DNA of 64,000 bases from the NCBI GenBank assembly GCA_041649475.1, contig JBAZNA010000001.1:750594-814593 (forward strand). Direction: 5' to 3'. A program made the position numbers and the translations under genes. Source of the stretch: Patescibacteria group bacterium (GTDB lineage: Bacteria; Patescibacteriota; Patescibacteriia; Magasanikbacterales; GWA2-37-8). This document shows positions 9,108 to 18,802 of the stretch, in pieces; the first letter of the stretch is position 1; each line of letters begins with the position of its first letter. A model generated the notes under the pieces. That model was given only the letters and a program-made list of their open reading frames with translations, was not told the DNA's origin and searched no databases.

Positions 9108-10091
9108 TTATACAGAAATTACTGATTTTGGCAAGTTAAGCAGCCCGGCGCGCCTTTCATAAACTCCCACAGGCCAGCCGGACATTTTGGCCAAATCGCC
9201 ATAAGCCACGACCAGGGGCAGAAGGATAAAGCCAAAAATTTTATTAAATAAAGAAAGTTTGGCAGAGAAAACCAACCATCTTGACCAGAATTTTTTCATA
9301 TAGCCAAGCAAACCCGCTAATATAGCCAATCCGAACCACCAGCTAACTTCGAAAGTTAAAAACAACAAAATTATAGCTAGGGCATAGAAAATATACCTGA
9401 TCATTTGTCTATAAAACCATAACTTACCATGACCATCGCTTCGAGTATAACCGAACAGCTGTTTAAAGTAGGATCTTAAATTTGCGCGCGGGCGCCAAAA
9501 GACCAGCGGTTCGCGGATATACTCTGTTCTGATCCCCAACTGAAGAATTTTTAAATCAAAAATTACGTCTTCACAAAGCGGTATCCATTCCGGATATCCG
9601 CCCACTCGCTGCCATAATTCTTTCTTAAAAGCCACGGAACGGCTCGATGGCAACCAATTTTGTTTAAATTCAGCCGGAGCCGGAGTAGTTGCGGCCGCTA
9701 TTAAATATCGCGCCAAACCATCGTCCGACTTAAGCCATGGTCCAAAACCAGTGGCCGAAAAACTGCTTTTTCCGGACAAAATCGGTTCGGTCAATTTTTT
9801 AAACCAGTTCACATCATAAGTACAGCCGGCATCAGTGACTGCGATTATGTCCCCCGCCGCATGCTCAATCGCAAAATTTCTGCCCACAGAGATATTGCCC
9901 GGGTGTTGCCACAGTTTTATCAGGTTGTTGTTGGTATGTGTCTTTGAGAGGAGCATCTCCCAGGTGCCGTCATTTGAACCCCCGTCTACAACAATTATTT
10001 CATCCGGCAAAATGGTTTGAGACAAAATACCGCTTAACCAAGCGGATATATTGTTTTTTTCATTTAAAACGGTTATAATTAAGGAAATCAT
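9108..10091 (-). CDS. Family 2 glycosyltransferase with a C-terminal membrane anchor
   Basis: MISLIITVLNEKNNI...IIVVDGGSNDGT is the GT2 N-terminus; the C-terminal 80 aa are hydrophobic. Confidence 0.7.
   Translation of the reverse strand: MISLIITVLNEKNNISAWLSGILSQTILPDEIIVVDGGSNDGTWEMLLSKTHTNNNLIKLWQHPGNISVGRNFAIEHAAGDIIAVTDAGCTYDVNWFKKLTEPILSGKSSFSATGFGPWLKSDDGLARYLIAAATTPAPAEFKQNWLPSSRSVAFKKELWQRVGGYPEWIPLCEDVIFDLKILQLGIRTEYIREPLVFWRPRANLRSYFKQLFGYTRSDGHGKLWFYRQMIRYIFYALAIILLFLTFEVSWWFGLAILAGLLGYMKKFWSRWLVFSAKLSLFNKIFGFILLPLVVAYGDLAKMSGWPVGVYERRAGLLNLPKSVISV
10051..10079 (+). promoter_or_regulatory. Candidate sigma70 promoter (TTGTTT-17-TATAAT) for the plus-strand GT4 gene
   Basis: TTGTTT at 10051-10056, a 17-nt spacer, then TATAAT at 10074-10079, about 38 nt upstream of the ATG at 10117. 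It lies inside the 5' end of the divergent GT2 gene. Confidence 0.3.
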
Positions 10092-10116
10092 AATTCACCG
10101 CTAATTGTACAACAAT

Positions 10117-11292
10117 ATGGAGTATTTGAAAAGAGGCATCACTATCGCGGTAAATGCCCGCATGCTTCTCAAAAACCGGCTTGATGGTATCGGCTGGATC
10201 GCCTACCACACACTCAAACGCATGGTCAAAGAACACCCTGAAGTGAACTTTATTTTTTTGTTTGACCGGCCTTACGATAAGGAATTTATATTCGGCCCGA
10301 ATGTAACCCCCTATGTTGTATGGCCACCGACCCGGCATCCGCTTTTATCTGTTATCTGGTTCCAGATAGCGATACTGCGTATCTTAAAAAAAATTAAGCC
10401 GGATTTATTTTTATCACATGATGGCATAATCACGCTCGGAGCCCACTACAAACAACTGTCGGTTATCTGCGATATTAATTTTTTTCATTACCCTAAGGAT
10501 CTTCCATTCGCTTACCGCACTTTTTTTAATTATTTTTTTCCACGCTACGCGTCCCAAGCAACCAGAGTAGCAACGCTATCTAACTTCTGTAAAAAAGACA
10601 TTGTGGATAGTTACCATATAAACCCTGATAAAGTAGATGTGATGTGCGTTGGTGTAGATAACACCTTTATACCACTGACGGAAGAAGAGCAAACCGCGGT
10701 TCGTGCCACACATACTCAAGGAAAAAAATACTTTATTTTTGTGGGTTCTCTTCATCACCGAAAAAATATTGTCCGGCTAATGCTGGCATTTGATCAATTT
10801 AAAGAAAAAAGCGGTAGTGATATGAAGCTGGTTCTGGCCGGATCTTTTTTCTGGGGCAAAGAAGAAATTGATAAAACGCTCCAAAAAATGCGTTATAAAG
10901 ATGATGTAATCTTCACCGGGCGGGTTTCCGACGAAGCGATGCCAAAACTGCTCGCATCTGCCTTTTGCCTGACCTTTGTTTCTTACTTTGAAGGTTTCGG
11001 CATGCCTCTCATTGAAGCGATGAGGGCACAAATTCCTATTATTACCTCAACTGTCACTTCTTTACCCGAAGTTGCCGGCAACGCGGCCTTATGCGTTGAC
11101 CCTTTTAGCGTTGAAGAAATCAGTGAGGCCATGCTCAAAATTTATAAAGATGAAGCTCTGCGACATTCACTCATACAAAACGGCATCGAGCAATGCAAAA
11201 AATTTACCTGGGATGCCTCAACTCAAGACCTCTGGTCAAGTATTGCAAAAACTCTTTCCGGCGGTTCGGGGGGTACTAGCCCAACAGTGTAG
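10117..11292 (+). CDS. GT4 (group 1) glycosyltransferase
   Basis: EGFGMPLIEAM...PIITS is the GT-B/GT4 C-terminal motif. The track ORF begins at a TTG at 10105; the ATG at 10117 (MEYLKRGITIAV) is preferred. This is one of only two plus-strand genes in the window. Confidence 0.75.
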   Translation: MEYLKRGITIAVNARMLLKNRLDGIGWIAYHTLKRMVKEHPEVNFIFLFDRPYDKEFIFGPNVTPYVVWPPTRHPLLSVIWFQIAILRILKKIKPDLFLSHDGIITLGAHYKQLSVICDINFFHYPKDLPFAYRTFFNYFFPRYASQATRVATLSNFCKKDIVDSYHINPDKVDVMCVGVDNTFIPLTEEEQTAVRATHTQGKKYFIFVGSLHHRKNIVRLMLAFDQFKEKSGSDMKLVLAGSFFWGKEEIDKTLQKMRYKDDVIFTGRVSDEAMPKLLASAFCLTFVSYFEGFGMPLIEAMRAQIPIITSTVTSLPEVAGNAALCVDPFSVEEISEAMLKIYKDEALRHSLIQNGIEQCKKFTWDASTQDLWSSIAKTLSGGSGGTSPTV

Positions 11293-12349
11293 TGGGCTCT
11301 CCCGCACGCCGGCGCCGAATCCATTCGGCAGTTTTTAGAATTCCCTCCTGAAGAGATACGTTGGGACGCCAGCCGATAGCGCGCTCCAGTTTTTCCGCGA
11401 TCATTTCGCGGCGCTCCGCTGTCACCGCCTCTGTTTCTATAACTCTGTATTGGAACGGCCTTCCGTCTCCTAAAAGCTCCCAGACCAACTTGGCCGCGTC
11501 AACAATTTTGGTGGCTTCGCTCGGGCCCACGTTAAAATCAGTGTTCATCACGACCGGATCACGAGAAACCGCTTTTTCCATAATCGCTACCGTGGCAGAG
11601 ACGGCGTCATCCACGTATGTAAATGGCCTGGTGGCCTCCTCGCCTCCCAAAAGTTCAAGCGGATATTGCCCTGACAGGACTTTTTCAATAAGCGCAGGGA
11701 GAACATGGATATCGCCCGGAGTTGATCCTTTAGCGTCCTCTCCGGGTCCATATATGTTGTGGTAGCGCAAGATTACAAACGGCATCTTGTGCTGCGTGAA
11801 ATAGGCATTGCAAAAATATTCTCCCACCAACTTTGACATGCCATAAACGTTGGTCGGAAGATAAACTCGCGACAAATCCTCCTCGCGATACGGAAACACG
11901 GTTGATCTTTGAAACACCATGGAACTGCTTGAATAAATTATACAGGGTTTACCAGCGCTAATTACAGCCGGATAGACCGCCGCGTCAATAGCCGCGTTTT
12001 CCTGTAAAATCTCCGCCTGGTGTTCGTGCATATAAGTCAGCGACCCGATATTCGCCGCCAGATGCATAATTGTATGTGCGTCAGAAAGCGCTTCCTTCGC
12101 GAAATTTTGATCCCGAAGATCGCCCTGCCGGATTAAAACGTTTTCATTAAAAGTGAGACCTCGCTCCTTTGGATGGACCTTATCTACCACTACCACCGGA
12201 TACCCTCGTTTCTCAAGCTCAATGACAACACGGCTGCCAACATAGCCGCTCCCTCCGGTGACGATAATTTTTTTACCTGGCCCCAAGTCCTTCATACGCG
12301 ATGTTATAAGATTTAACAATTTCCGGACTGAACAAATGCCAACCATCAA
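11276..12349 (-). CDS. NAD-dependent epimerase/dehydratase (extended SDR, UDP-hexose 4-epimerase-like)
   Basis: KIIVTGGSGYVGSRVVIEL Rossmann fold and NVYGMSKLVGE (YxxxK). The true start may be the Met at about 12295 (MKDLGPGKKIIVTGG). Confidence 0.7.
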   Translation of the reverse strand: MMVGICSVRKLLNLITSRMKDLGPGKKIIVTGGSGYVGSRVVIELEKRGYPVVVVDKVHPKERGLTFNENVLIRQGDLRDQNFAKEALSDAHTIMHLAANIGSLTYMHEHQAEILQENAAIDAAVYPAVISAGKPCIIYSSSSMVFQRSTVFPYREEDLSRVYLPTNVYGMSKLVGEYFCNAYFTQHKMPFVILRYHNIYGPGEDAKGSTPGDIHVLPALIEKVLSGQYPLELLGGEEATRPFTYVDDAVSATVAIMEKAVSRDPVVMNTDFNVGPSEATKIVDAAKLVWELLGDGRPFQYRVIETEAVTAERREMIAEKLERAIGWRPNVSLQEGILKTAEWIRRRRAGEPTTLLG

Positions 12350-13595
12350 AAAAGAATGCGTTGGGATTTAAATATGGAAGAAATCTTTCGTAATCAAAAC
12401 TGTCATACCCCTCGTGATTATTCATGAAGAGGACACAGTCGGCGCCGCGTAACCCTTCCTCCAGAGTGCAGGGTGTGATTCCCAAACCGGCAATCGCTTC
12501 CCGTTTAACTACAAAATCATGACCGAATATGTTTTGTGCGCCGGCTTCCTTGATACAATTTAGAAAATCCACTGTCGGAGAGCCCCTCAAATCGTCGGTT
12601 TCCGGTCTACCCTTGAAGGCGAGACCGGAAATGAAAATTTTTGCGCGCGTTATATCCTTGCTGTGAGCAGCTAAATGAGATTTCATGAGACCCGCCGTAA
12701 ACGCAGGCAGAGATTCATTGACCTCCCGTGCCATAGAAACTAAACGAGGCGTGTAACCGGCTGCCGTTGCGAAATCAACAAGAATATGTGGATCCTTTTC
12801 CAAACAAGCCCCTCCTACAAATCCTGGAACTGGAACGTTTGTTCTGGAGTACCCAAAATTGGCTGCTTCAATAAGTTCTACAGCATTGAGTCCGAGCTTT
12901 CGGGCAACCATTCCCATCTCATTCGCGAAAGCGAAGGTCAGATCCCGGAAGGAATTATCCAAAATTTTAATCATCTCCGCCGTTTCCAGAGACGAAACCC
13001 GGATAATGGTTTTAGTAACTTGAATAAAAATTTCCGAAGCTAAGTTTAAGCTATCCTCGTCCAGGGCTCCGATTACTTGTGGTAAAAATTTTAACTCCGA
13101 AAGCGCTTTTCCTTCAATGGTGCGCTCAGGCGCGAAGGCCAAATAAAATCGCTCTGGTTGATATTTCTGCAAAATCGGCAACACGTAGCTTCTGGTAAGC
13201 CCGACCGGAACCGTGCTGCGCAAGACCACGAGATTCCCCGGCCGCAGACGCTTGGCGACATCCGTTACGGCGCTTTCAATATGGTTAATGATAGGTTTTT
13301 TGGTAATCTTATCAAGGGGCGTCCCTACTGAAATGATAAAGACATCCATCGGCACGTCTTCTGGTATGGCCGCCGAGATAAACAGATTTTTGTTGACAAA
13401 CTTTTTTAGAAGCACGTCAAGACCCCGTTCGTGAAAGTGGGGCATGCCGTTTCTAAGTCTTTCCGCGAGACCTTCGTCATTGGTACTGCCATAAACACGG
13501 AACCCTTTTTCCGCCAAGACAACGGATAAAGTAAGACCCACGTAACCCAGACCCACTACACAAATATTTTTTGGCGCTTTAGTTGATTCTGTCAT
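12273..13595 (-). CDS. Nucleotide-sugar dehydrogenase (UDP-N-acetyl-D-mannosamine / UDP-glucose dehydrogenase family, WecC-like)
   Basis: KNICVVGLGYVGLTLSVVLAEKGFRVYG is the N-terminal NAD-binding fold of the UDP-sugar dehydrogenase family, with the catalytic Cys region GGACLEKD. Confidence 0.7.
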   Translation of the reverse strand: MTESTKAPKNICVVGLGYVGLTLSVVLAEKGFRVYGSTNDEGLAERLRNGMPHFHERGLDVLLKKFVNKNLFISAAIPEDVPMDVFIISVGTPLDKITKKPIINHIESAVTDVAKRLRPGNLVVLRSTVPVGLTRSYVLPILQKYQPERFYLAFAPERTIEGKALSELKFLPQVIGALDEDSLNLASEIFIQVTKTIIRVSSLETAEMIKILDNSFRDLTFAFANEMGMVARKLGLNAVELIEAANFGYSRTNVPVPGFVGGACLEKDPHILVDFATAAGYTPRLVSMAREVNESLPAFTAGLMKSHLAAHSKDITRAKIFISGLAFKGRPETDDLRGSPTVDFLNCIKEAGAQNIFGHDFVVKREAIAGLGITPCTLEEGLRGADCVLFMNNHEGYDSFDYERFLPYLNPNAFFFDGWHLFSPEIVKSYNIAYEGLGAR

Positions 13596-13634
13596 AGACC
13601 CTTTATCTTACACTCTTCCTTATAAATCTGTCAA

Positions 13635-14489
13635 TTACATCTTTCTAGCCACCAAAAATAAGGTATCCCCGACATTAATCGGTATAGCACAACCTTTGAC
13701 AAAACTTTTAGCGGTCCAACTCGCAAATCTTGAAAACATACCCGCGCCTGTCCAGCTGTACAGTAATCTTAAAATATAAGGGACGGTAAACCACTTACCG
13801 TGATGGGACGCATAAATAATTTTAAAACCGCTTTTCTCCAGCATTTTTGAAATATTTGTAGCGGAGAAATAAAACAAATGCTGAGGCGGAACAAAGGCAT
13901 GCCAGCGTTTTCCCATAACTCGTGCCCACAAACTGCCGGCATCAGGCGTAGTCAAGGTCAGAAGCCCGTTTTGCTCAAGCATCTCTCCCGCCTTTTTGAT
14001 TACCCCGACCGGATCTTTAACGTGTTCAATCAAATCCTGCATAACCACGGCGTGATACTTTTTTGCCGGCAAAAAATTTTCAAATGATCCGGCAGTCACG
14101 GACAACCCCTTTTCTACGGCCTTAGCCGCGGCGTAATCGGAAATGTCCATGCCCTCGGTCTGCCAGCCCCTGCCTCTGGCCAGGTCCATAAAAAATCCGG
14201 TCGCGCAACCGACTTCAAATAAAGAAATATCGTTTTGTTTCTGAAGATGATCACTTAATATATCAAGAATATTAATATAAGTTTTTCTGCTTACTTCCTT
14301 ATCCAGATCATAATCCATGTATCCGTCCAAGGTTGTATCCCCCTTAAAGTAACCCTCGGTGTAACACTTACTTAAATCTTCGCCGGCATTTACCACAGCC
14401 ATAAGATTACACCGCGGACAACGGACAATTTCAAAATTTCTCTTGATAAAATACGGCTCCATTTGTGTTTCGCAATTCACGCAATTCAT
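13635..14489 (-). CDS. Class I SAM-dependent methyltransferase with an N-terminal Zn-ribbon
   Basis: CVNCETQ...CPRCNLM (Cys4 ribbon) followed by VGCATGFFMDLA (motif I). Confidence 0.6.
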   Translation of the reverse strand: MNCVNCETQMEPYFIKRNFEIVRCPRCNLMAVVNAGEDLSKCYTEGYFKGDTTLDGYMDYDLDKEVSRKTYINILDILSDHLQKQNDISLFEVGCATGFFMDLARGRGWQTEGMDISDYAAAKAVEKGLSVTAGSFENFLPAKKYHAVVMQDLIEHVKDPVGVIKKAGEMLEQNGLLTLTTPDAGSLWARVMGKRWHAFVPPQHLFYFSATNISKMLEKSGFKIIYASHHGKWFTVPYILRLLYSWTGAGMFSRFASWTAKSFVKGCAIPINVGDTLFLVARKM

Positions 14490-16687
14490 ATTTTCTCCAA
14501 CAAAAAAACGGTATACTTATAAATATAGCTGGGATAATGAAGAATTTTTTCCCGTAATTTCGCCAAGGTCGGATCAAGAGGCACACTGTCATATCTCTCC
14601 AGAATTTTGTACCCGGGTGGAATTTTGGTATCAGTGCCCATGGCTTCACCGGTAGCGTCAGAAGCGGTCGTAAAATACCAAATCTGCACTCCTTTTGGTT
14701 GGGATTCAACTTTTTCAAATTGCACAGGCAATAAATCGCTGAAATATTTTTGTTTATAAAAATTATATAAACCTTCGCTGGCATCCGGACCGGTCGCCAA
14801 GTATTGGCCTTTGCGAGAATGATCGCGCACAAAATCAAATACCGCAAACGTCCGGAAATAACTGGCGTTTAAATAATTTTTCGCCTGATAAAAATTTATC
14901 AGCCCCATGGCGGCCACTACCACCCACAGTGCATAAAACAACAGCTTGGCTCCACGCGAACGCAAACTATTTAGACAAAAAACAAACGACATTATAAAAA
15001 GCGGAAAGGCCACGAACCCGAACTTCGGATAAACGATAAAGTTGTAGCGCGGGTCGGCTTTGTTCATGAATAAAGTATTGATAATTACCAAAGCCACCGA
15101 GAGCAGGATTATAAACATCTGCGGTTTGCCGATATTTTTTTTACTCACGCCGTAGATTAATCCGTAAATTATAGCCCCCAAGACAACACATCCCAATCCA
15201 AAAATGACAAAATTCCATGGCAAAATATTTTCACCGAAAAAGAAACTGTAAATATGAAAAAATACTCCGGCTGTTAGGCTTAGCCAGGAATTGGCTAATA
15301 AGTTCACTTTGTCCCATCCGCCATCGCCCTGAACTGCAACGCGTTGATAAATCATCCAGACCAAGGGTAAACAAGCCGCGGCCGCAATCAACTGGCCAAT
15401 AACCCATCGCCAAAATGAAGTGATGGATTTTTTACGAATTAGGCGATACAGGAACAAAACATTGGTAATCAAAGCGACATAAACAAAATGCGGATAATCG
15501 CTATACCCAACTAAAACCAAAGTAATCAAATACCAAATCAAAGTCCGCCGGTCATACCCTTCAAAATAAAGCCGGTAAAAAAAATAAAAACATAATAAAG
15601 AAAAAAATGCGGCCAGACCGTGATAACGCGCCATCTGGGAGATTAATACGAAGTAAGATGAAAAGGCGGTAAAAAACGCGGTGACCAAAGCAAGATTTTT
15701 ATTTTGCGTCACGCGCTTGGTAAAAACGTAAACCAGCGCCACAATTCCCAATCCCGATAAAATTGAAACCAAACGCACGGTCAGTTCGCTCCAGGGTAAT
15801 ATTTTACTAAACAATAAAACCAAAAAATAATACAGGGGCGGATGATTGTCGGGCTTCACCCAATAATCAGACAAAAATCCTCCCAGCGAATCTTTAAAAT
15901 AATTTAAAACCATGGTTTCATCCATCCAAAAAGTCCGATAGCTGACGCGGAAAAATAATAATCCGGCCGCGAAAATCACTATCAGCCAGAACAACCAATT
16001 TTTTTTGATTTTATACCAGCTGTAAATGAGGATCTGTTTTAAAAACAATCCATATTCGCTGGAATCCAATTTCGAGGTGGAAAACTTTCTGATGCGGAAA
16101 CGAAAAGGAACTTCCTTTACTTTTTTTTGATTTCCTTTGACCAAAATCTCCAGTAAAATTTTATAACCCTTTGTATCAAGTTCAACTCCTTCAATCACTC
16201 CCCGGCGCAAAAAGAAGAAGCCACTAAGCGGGTCCTTGACTCCGGTCAAAATATAAGTGATACCAACTCCAATTCGGGAAATTATCTTTCGCCACCACTT
16301 CCACTGTTCTACCACGCTCCCCTTTTGAAATCGGCTTGCCAGAACAAGATCATAATCATTTAACAAATCTATCATTTTGCCGATCTCCGCCGGGTCATGG
16401 CTCAAATCCGCATCCATCACCCCCAAAAGCGGCCGGTCGCTATGGCTAAATCCTTCTCTCACCGCGCTGCCCAAACCCAATTTACCCGACCGATGCACCA
16501 CTTTAACCGGATATTTTTGAGCGAGTTCTTCCGCCACCTGCCCGGTCCCGTCTGGAGAATTATCATCAACAAAAATTATTTCCAAATCAACTCGCGCCCG
16601 GTCAATGTGACTAAAAATTTCTTCCACTAGTGGTGGCAGATTTTTGGCCTCATTGTAAGTTGGAATTATTATTGAAACTTTGACCAT
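14486..16687 (-). CDS. Fusion of a Dpm1/GtrB-like GT2 polyprenyl-phosphate sugar synthase with a GT39/ArnT-like GT-C membrane glycosyltransferase
   Basis: N-terminus MVKVSIIIPTYNEAKNLPPLVEEI...IIFVDDNSPDGTGQVAEELAQKY...GKLGLGSAVREG is Dpm1-like. The C-terminal ~480 aa have at least 10 TM segments and ArnT/PMT-like architecture. Confidence 0.7.
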   Translation of the reverse strand: MVKVSIIIPTYNEAKNLPPLVEEIFSHIDRARVDLEIIFVDDNSPDGTGQVAEELAQKYPVKVVHRSGKLGLGSAVREGFSHSDRPLLGVMDADLSHDPAEIGKMIDLLNDYDLVLASRFQKGSVVEQWKWWRKIISRIGVGITYILTGVKDPLSGFFFLRRGVIEGVELDTKGYKILLEILVKGNQKKVKEVPFRFRIRKFSTSKLDSSEYGLFLKQILIYSWYKIKKNWLFWLIVIFAAGLLFFRVSYRTFWMDETMVLNYFKDSLGGFLSDYWVKPDNHPPLYYFLVLLFSKILPWSELTVRLVSILSGLGIVALVYVFTKRVTQNKNLALVTAFFTAFSSYFVLISQMARYHGLAAFFSLLCFYFFYRLYFEGYDRRTLIWYLITLVLVGYSDYPHFVYVALITNVLFLYRLIRKKSITSFWRWVIGQLIAAAACLPLVWMIYQRVAVQGDGGWDKVNLLANSWLSLTAGVFFHIYSFFFGENILPWNFVIFGLGCVVLGAIIYGLIYGVSKKNIGKPQMFIILLSVALVIINTLFMNKADPRYNFIVYPKFGFVAFPLFIMSFVFCLNSLRSRGAKLLFYALWVVVAAMGLINFYQAKNYLNASYFRTFAVFDFVRDHSRKGQYLATGPDASEGLYNFYKQKYFSDLLPVQFEKVESQPKGVQIWYFTTASDATGEAMGTDTKIPPGYKILERYDSVPLDPTLAKLREKILHYPSYIYKYTVFLLEKI

Positions 16688-16700
16688 ACTGCTTTCTTGG

Positions 16701-17582
16701 CTACTCCCTTACACAAAATATATTCGTGCCGTTATCTAATTCTACCGTATATTTATTCAGAAAATGTTCGATGGGGCATAATCTTGTCTCTTTGGCCGGC
16801 TCGTCTATGTCATATAATTTAAAACCGAGATCTAAAAATGACGCCAGCGTCTGTTTGGAATCAGTGTGAAATATCCATTCGCCCTTCGGCCAAAATTCAG
16901 TAATTATCTTAGTATTTTTACATTGATCCTTCTGTAAGGTGGAGAGAAATCCTGAAATTACCGCACCTTCCGCTCCCTGCGTATCAATTTTAACAAAATT
17001 AATTTTCCCCGCATAATCTTGAAAATAATCATCCAACCGCACGGTTTCAATCTCAACGACCTTACGGACATCGTCCGGCCCGGAATCATATATTCTGTGA
17101 TCGCCCTTATTAATTTCCGATACATAGAGTTTAGCCGTCTCCGACTTTTCCGAAACGGCCTTCTGAACCAAAACAACATTCTTATACCCATTTATTTCAA
17201 TATTTTTTTTAAGTAACTCAAAATTAATCGGATCCGGCTCGAAGGCAAAAACTTTTCCTCCCTCCCCCACAAGTCTGGCGAAGATCAAGGTAAAGTATCC
17301 GATGTTGGCTCCGATGTCCAAAACCACGTCGTTTTTCCTAACTTCTCTATTTACAATTTCTAATATACAAGGTTCATAAACTTCATTGACCGAAAGGCAC
17401 AAGCTATCCAAAGAATCCAAAAACATTTTATGACCTTGCACTATGGCAAAATTTGTTCTTAGACAAGAAATTATGAAATAATAAATAGGTCTGATAAAAA
17501 ATACTGATTTAATACTGTTTCTTTTCTCCGCAGGGATAAGATTGACAAAAAACTTATAAATGGAAAGTAATAGCTTTTTCAC
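16701..17582 (-). CDS. FkbM-family methyltransferase
   Basis: VLDIGANIGYFTLIFARL...VFAFEPDPINFELLKKNIEINGY is characteristic of FkbM. Confidence 0.7.
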   Translation of the reverse strand: MKKLLLSIYKFFVNLIPAEKRNSIKSVFFIRPIYYFIISCLRTNFAIVQGHKMFLDSLDSLCLSVNEVYEPCILEIVNREVRKNDVVLDIGANIGYFTLIFARLVGEGGKVFAFEPDPINFELLKKNIEINGYKNVVLVQKAVSEKSETAKLYVSEINKGDHRIYDSGPDDVRKVVEIETVRLDDYFQDYAGKINFVKIDTQGAEGAVISGFLSTLQKDQCKNTKIITEFWPKGEWIFHTDSKQTLASFLDLGFKLYDIDEPAKETRLCPIEHFLNKYTVELDNGTNIFCVRE

Positions 17583-17608
17583 ATGATTACGGATAACTTC
17601 ATAAAATT

Positions 17609-18775
17609 TTAAACAAGGGATCGATAAATCCCGGCCATCTTGCGGGCATACTCTTCAATCGCAAATTTTTTCATTTCGGTCTCACAAGCGTTTTTTAAAT
17701 TTTTATAAATTATTGGATCATCCAAACTGAACAGGGCGTCGCGAAGTGCGACTGGATTGGCCGGGGTCACCAAAATTCCGGCCCGGCCCACGGTTTCTGG
17801 TATGGCGCCACAATAAGTTGAAATTACCGGCGTGCCGGCACTGATGGATTCGGCCAACACATACCCAAATTGTTCCTGCCAGATCGGATTGGGGATGCTG
17901 TTTAAGACCAGGCACTTGGCCGCTTTGTAGTAACCCAAAATTTCACTGTATGGAACCTGATCAATAAATAAAAACTTGTCTTCCATGCCCCACTCTTTGA
18001 TAATTCTCAACATGTTTTCTTTTTCCGGCCCGGTGCTGATGCTTACAAAAATTTTCTTTTCGGGATTGCTGGTTTTGTTCAAGTACATTCTCCAGGCGTA
18101 CAGAACATCATAAACACCTTTTTCTTTAACCAGCCGGCTGACCATCAGATAAATTTCTTTCCCGGCCAATTGCGGAGGCAGTGGCTTATCTTCAGCGGGT
18201 GCGGGAATAACTCCGGGCACGACAATTTCTATATTTTTCTCCGGCACGCCAAAATCCAAAAGCAGCTCGGCCGCATCTCTCGTAGTCGGTAAAAACTTAT
18301 CGACCCCTTGAGCATTGGCGGAGATTATCTGTCTCAATTTTCTTCGCCAATAAAGAGGCGGCATTTTAAAACCGGGCCAATAATTATATTCAAATCTGCC
18401 GAAGCTGTTCTCCCAGACAATAGCCACTACCTTTAGTTTCTTGTTCAATTTTTTTGCCGCCACGGCCTGATAAGTATAGTAATTATAGATCTCACCGACG
18501 TGCGCAATATCAAAATTTTGCAGATGCTTCTCCAACCCGAACATTCTTTTGTACTGTCCAAAAAAGTATTTATAAAAATTCTTAAATAAAAAATTATCAC
18601 TGCTGGCCGGCAATGTAATTGATGGAAAGGGCAAGGATGACTGGTGATAAACATTCTTTTTTGCAAAAAAAACGGTTTGTTCAAAATCCTTGGGGAAATA
18701 CTCCCAGGCTTTTGTTTCACGATCACCCAAACCATCCCCGCGGATTTGCGCAATCCTTATTTTATTTTCGCTCAT
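17609..18775 (-). CDS. GT4 (group 1) glycosyltransferase
   Basis: EQFGYVLAESISAGTPVIST is the GT-B E-x7-E region. Confidence 0.7.
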   Translation of the reverse strand: MSENKIRIAQIRGDGLGDRETKAWEYFPKDFEQTVFFAKKNVYHQSSLPFPSITLPASSDNFLFKNFYKYFFGQYKRMFGLEKHLQNFDIAHVGEIYNYYTYQAVAAKKLNKKLKVVAIVWENSFGRFEYNYWPGFKMPPLYWRRKLRQIISANAQGVDKFLPTTRDAAELLLDFGVPEKNIEIVVPGVIPAPAEDKPLPPQLAGKEIYLMVSRLVKEKGVYDVLYAWRMYLNKTSNPEKKIFVSISTGPEKENMLRIIKEWGMEDKFLFIDQVPYSEILGYYKAAKCLVLNSIPNPIWQEQFGYVLAESISAGTPVISTYCGAIPETVGRAGILVTPANPVALRDALFSLDDPIIYKNLKNACETEMKKFAIEEYARKMAGIYRSLV

Positions 18776-18802
18776 AATTTTTAATTACTAGCCGCAAGGC
18801 GT

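Noticed and set aside
10105-10116. TTG-initiated N-terminal extension (MYNN...) of the plus-strand GT4 gene.
   Set aside because: An in-frame ATG at 10117 gives the conventional GT4 N-terminus. The TTG sits 13 nt from the divergent gene's start codon.
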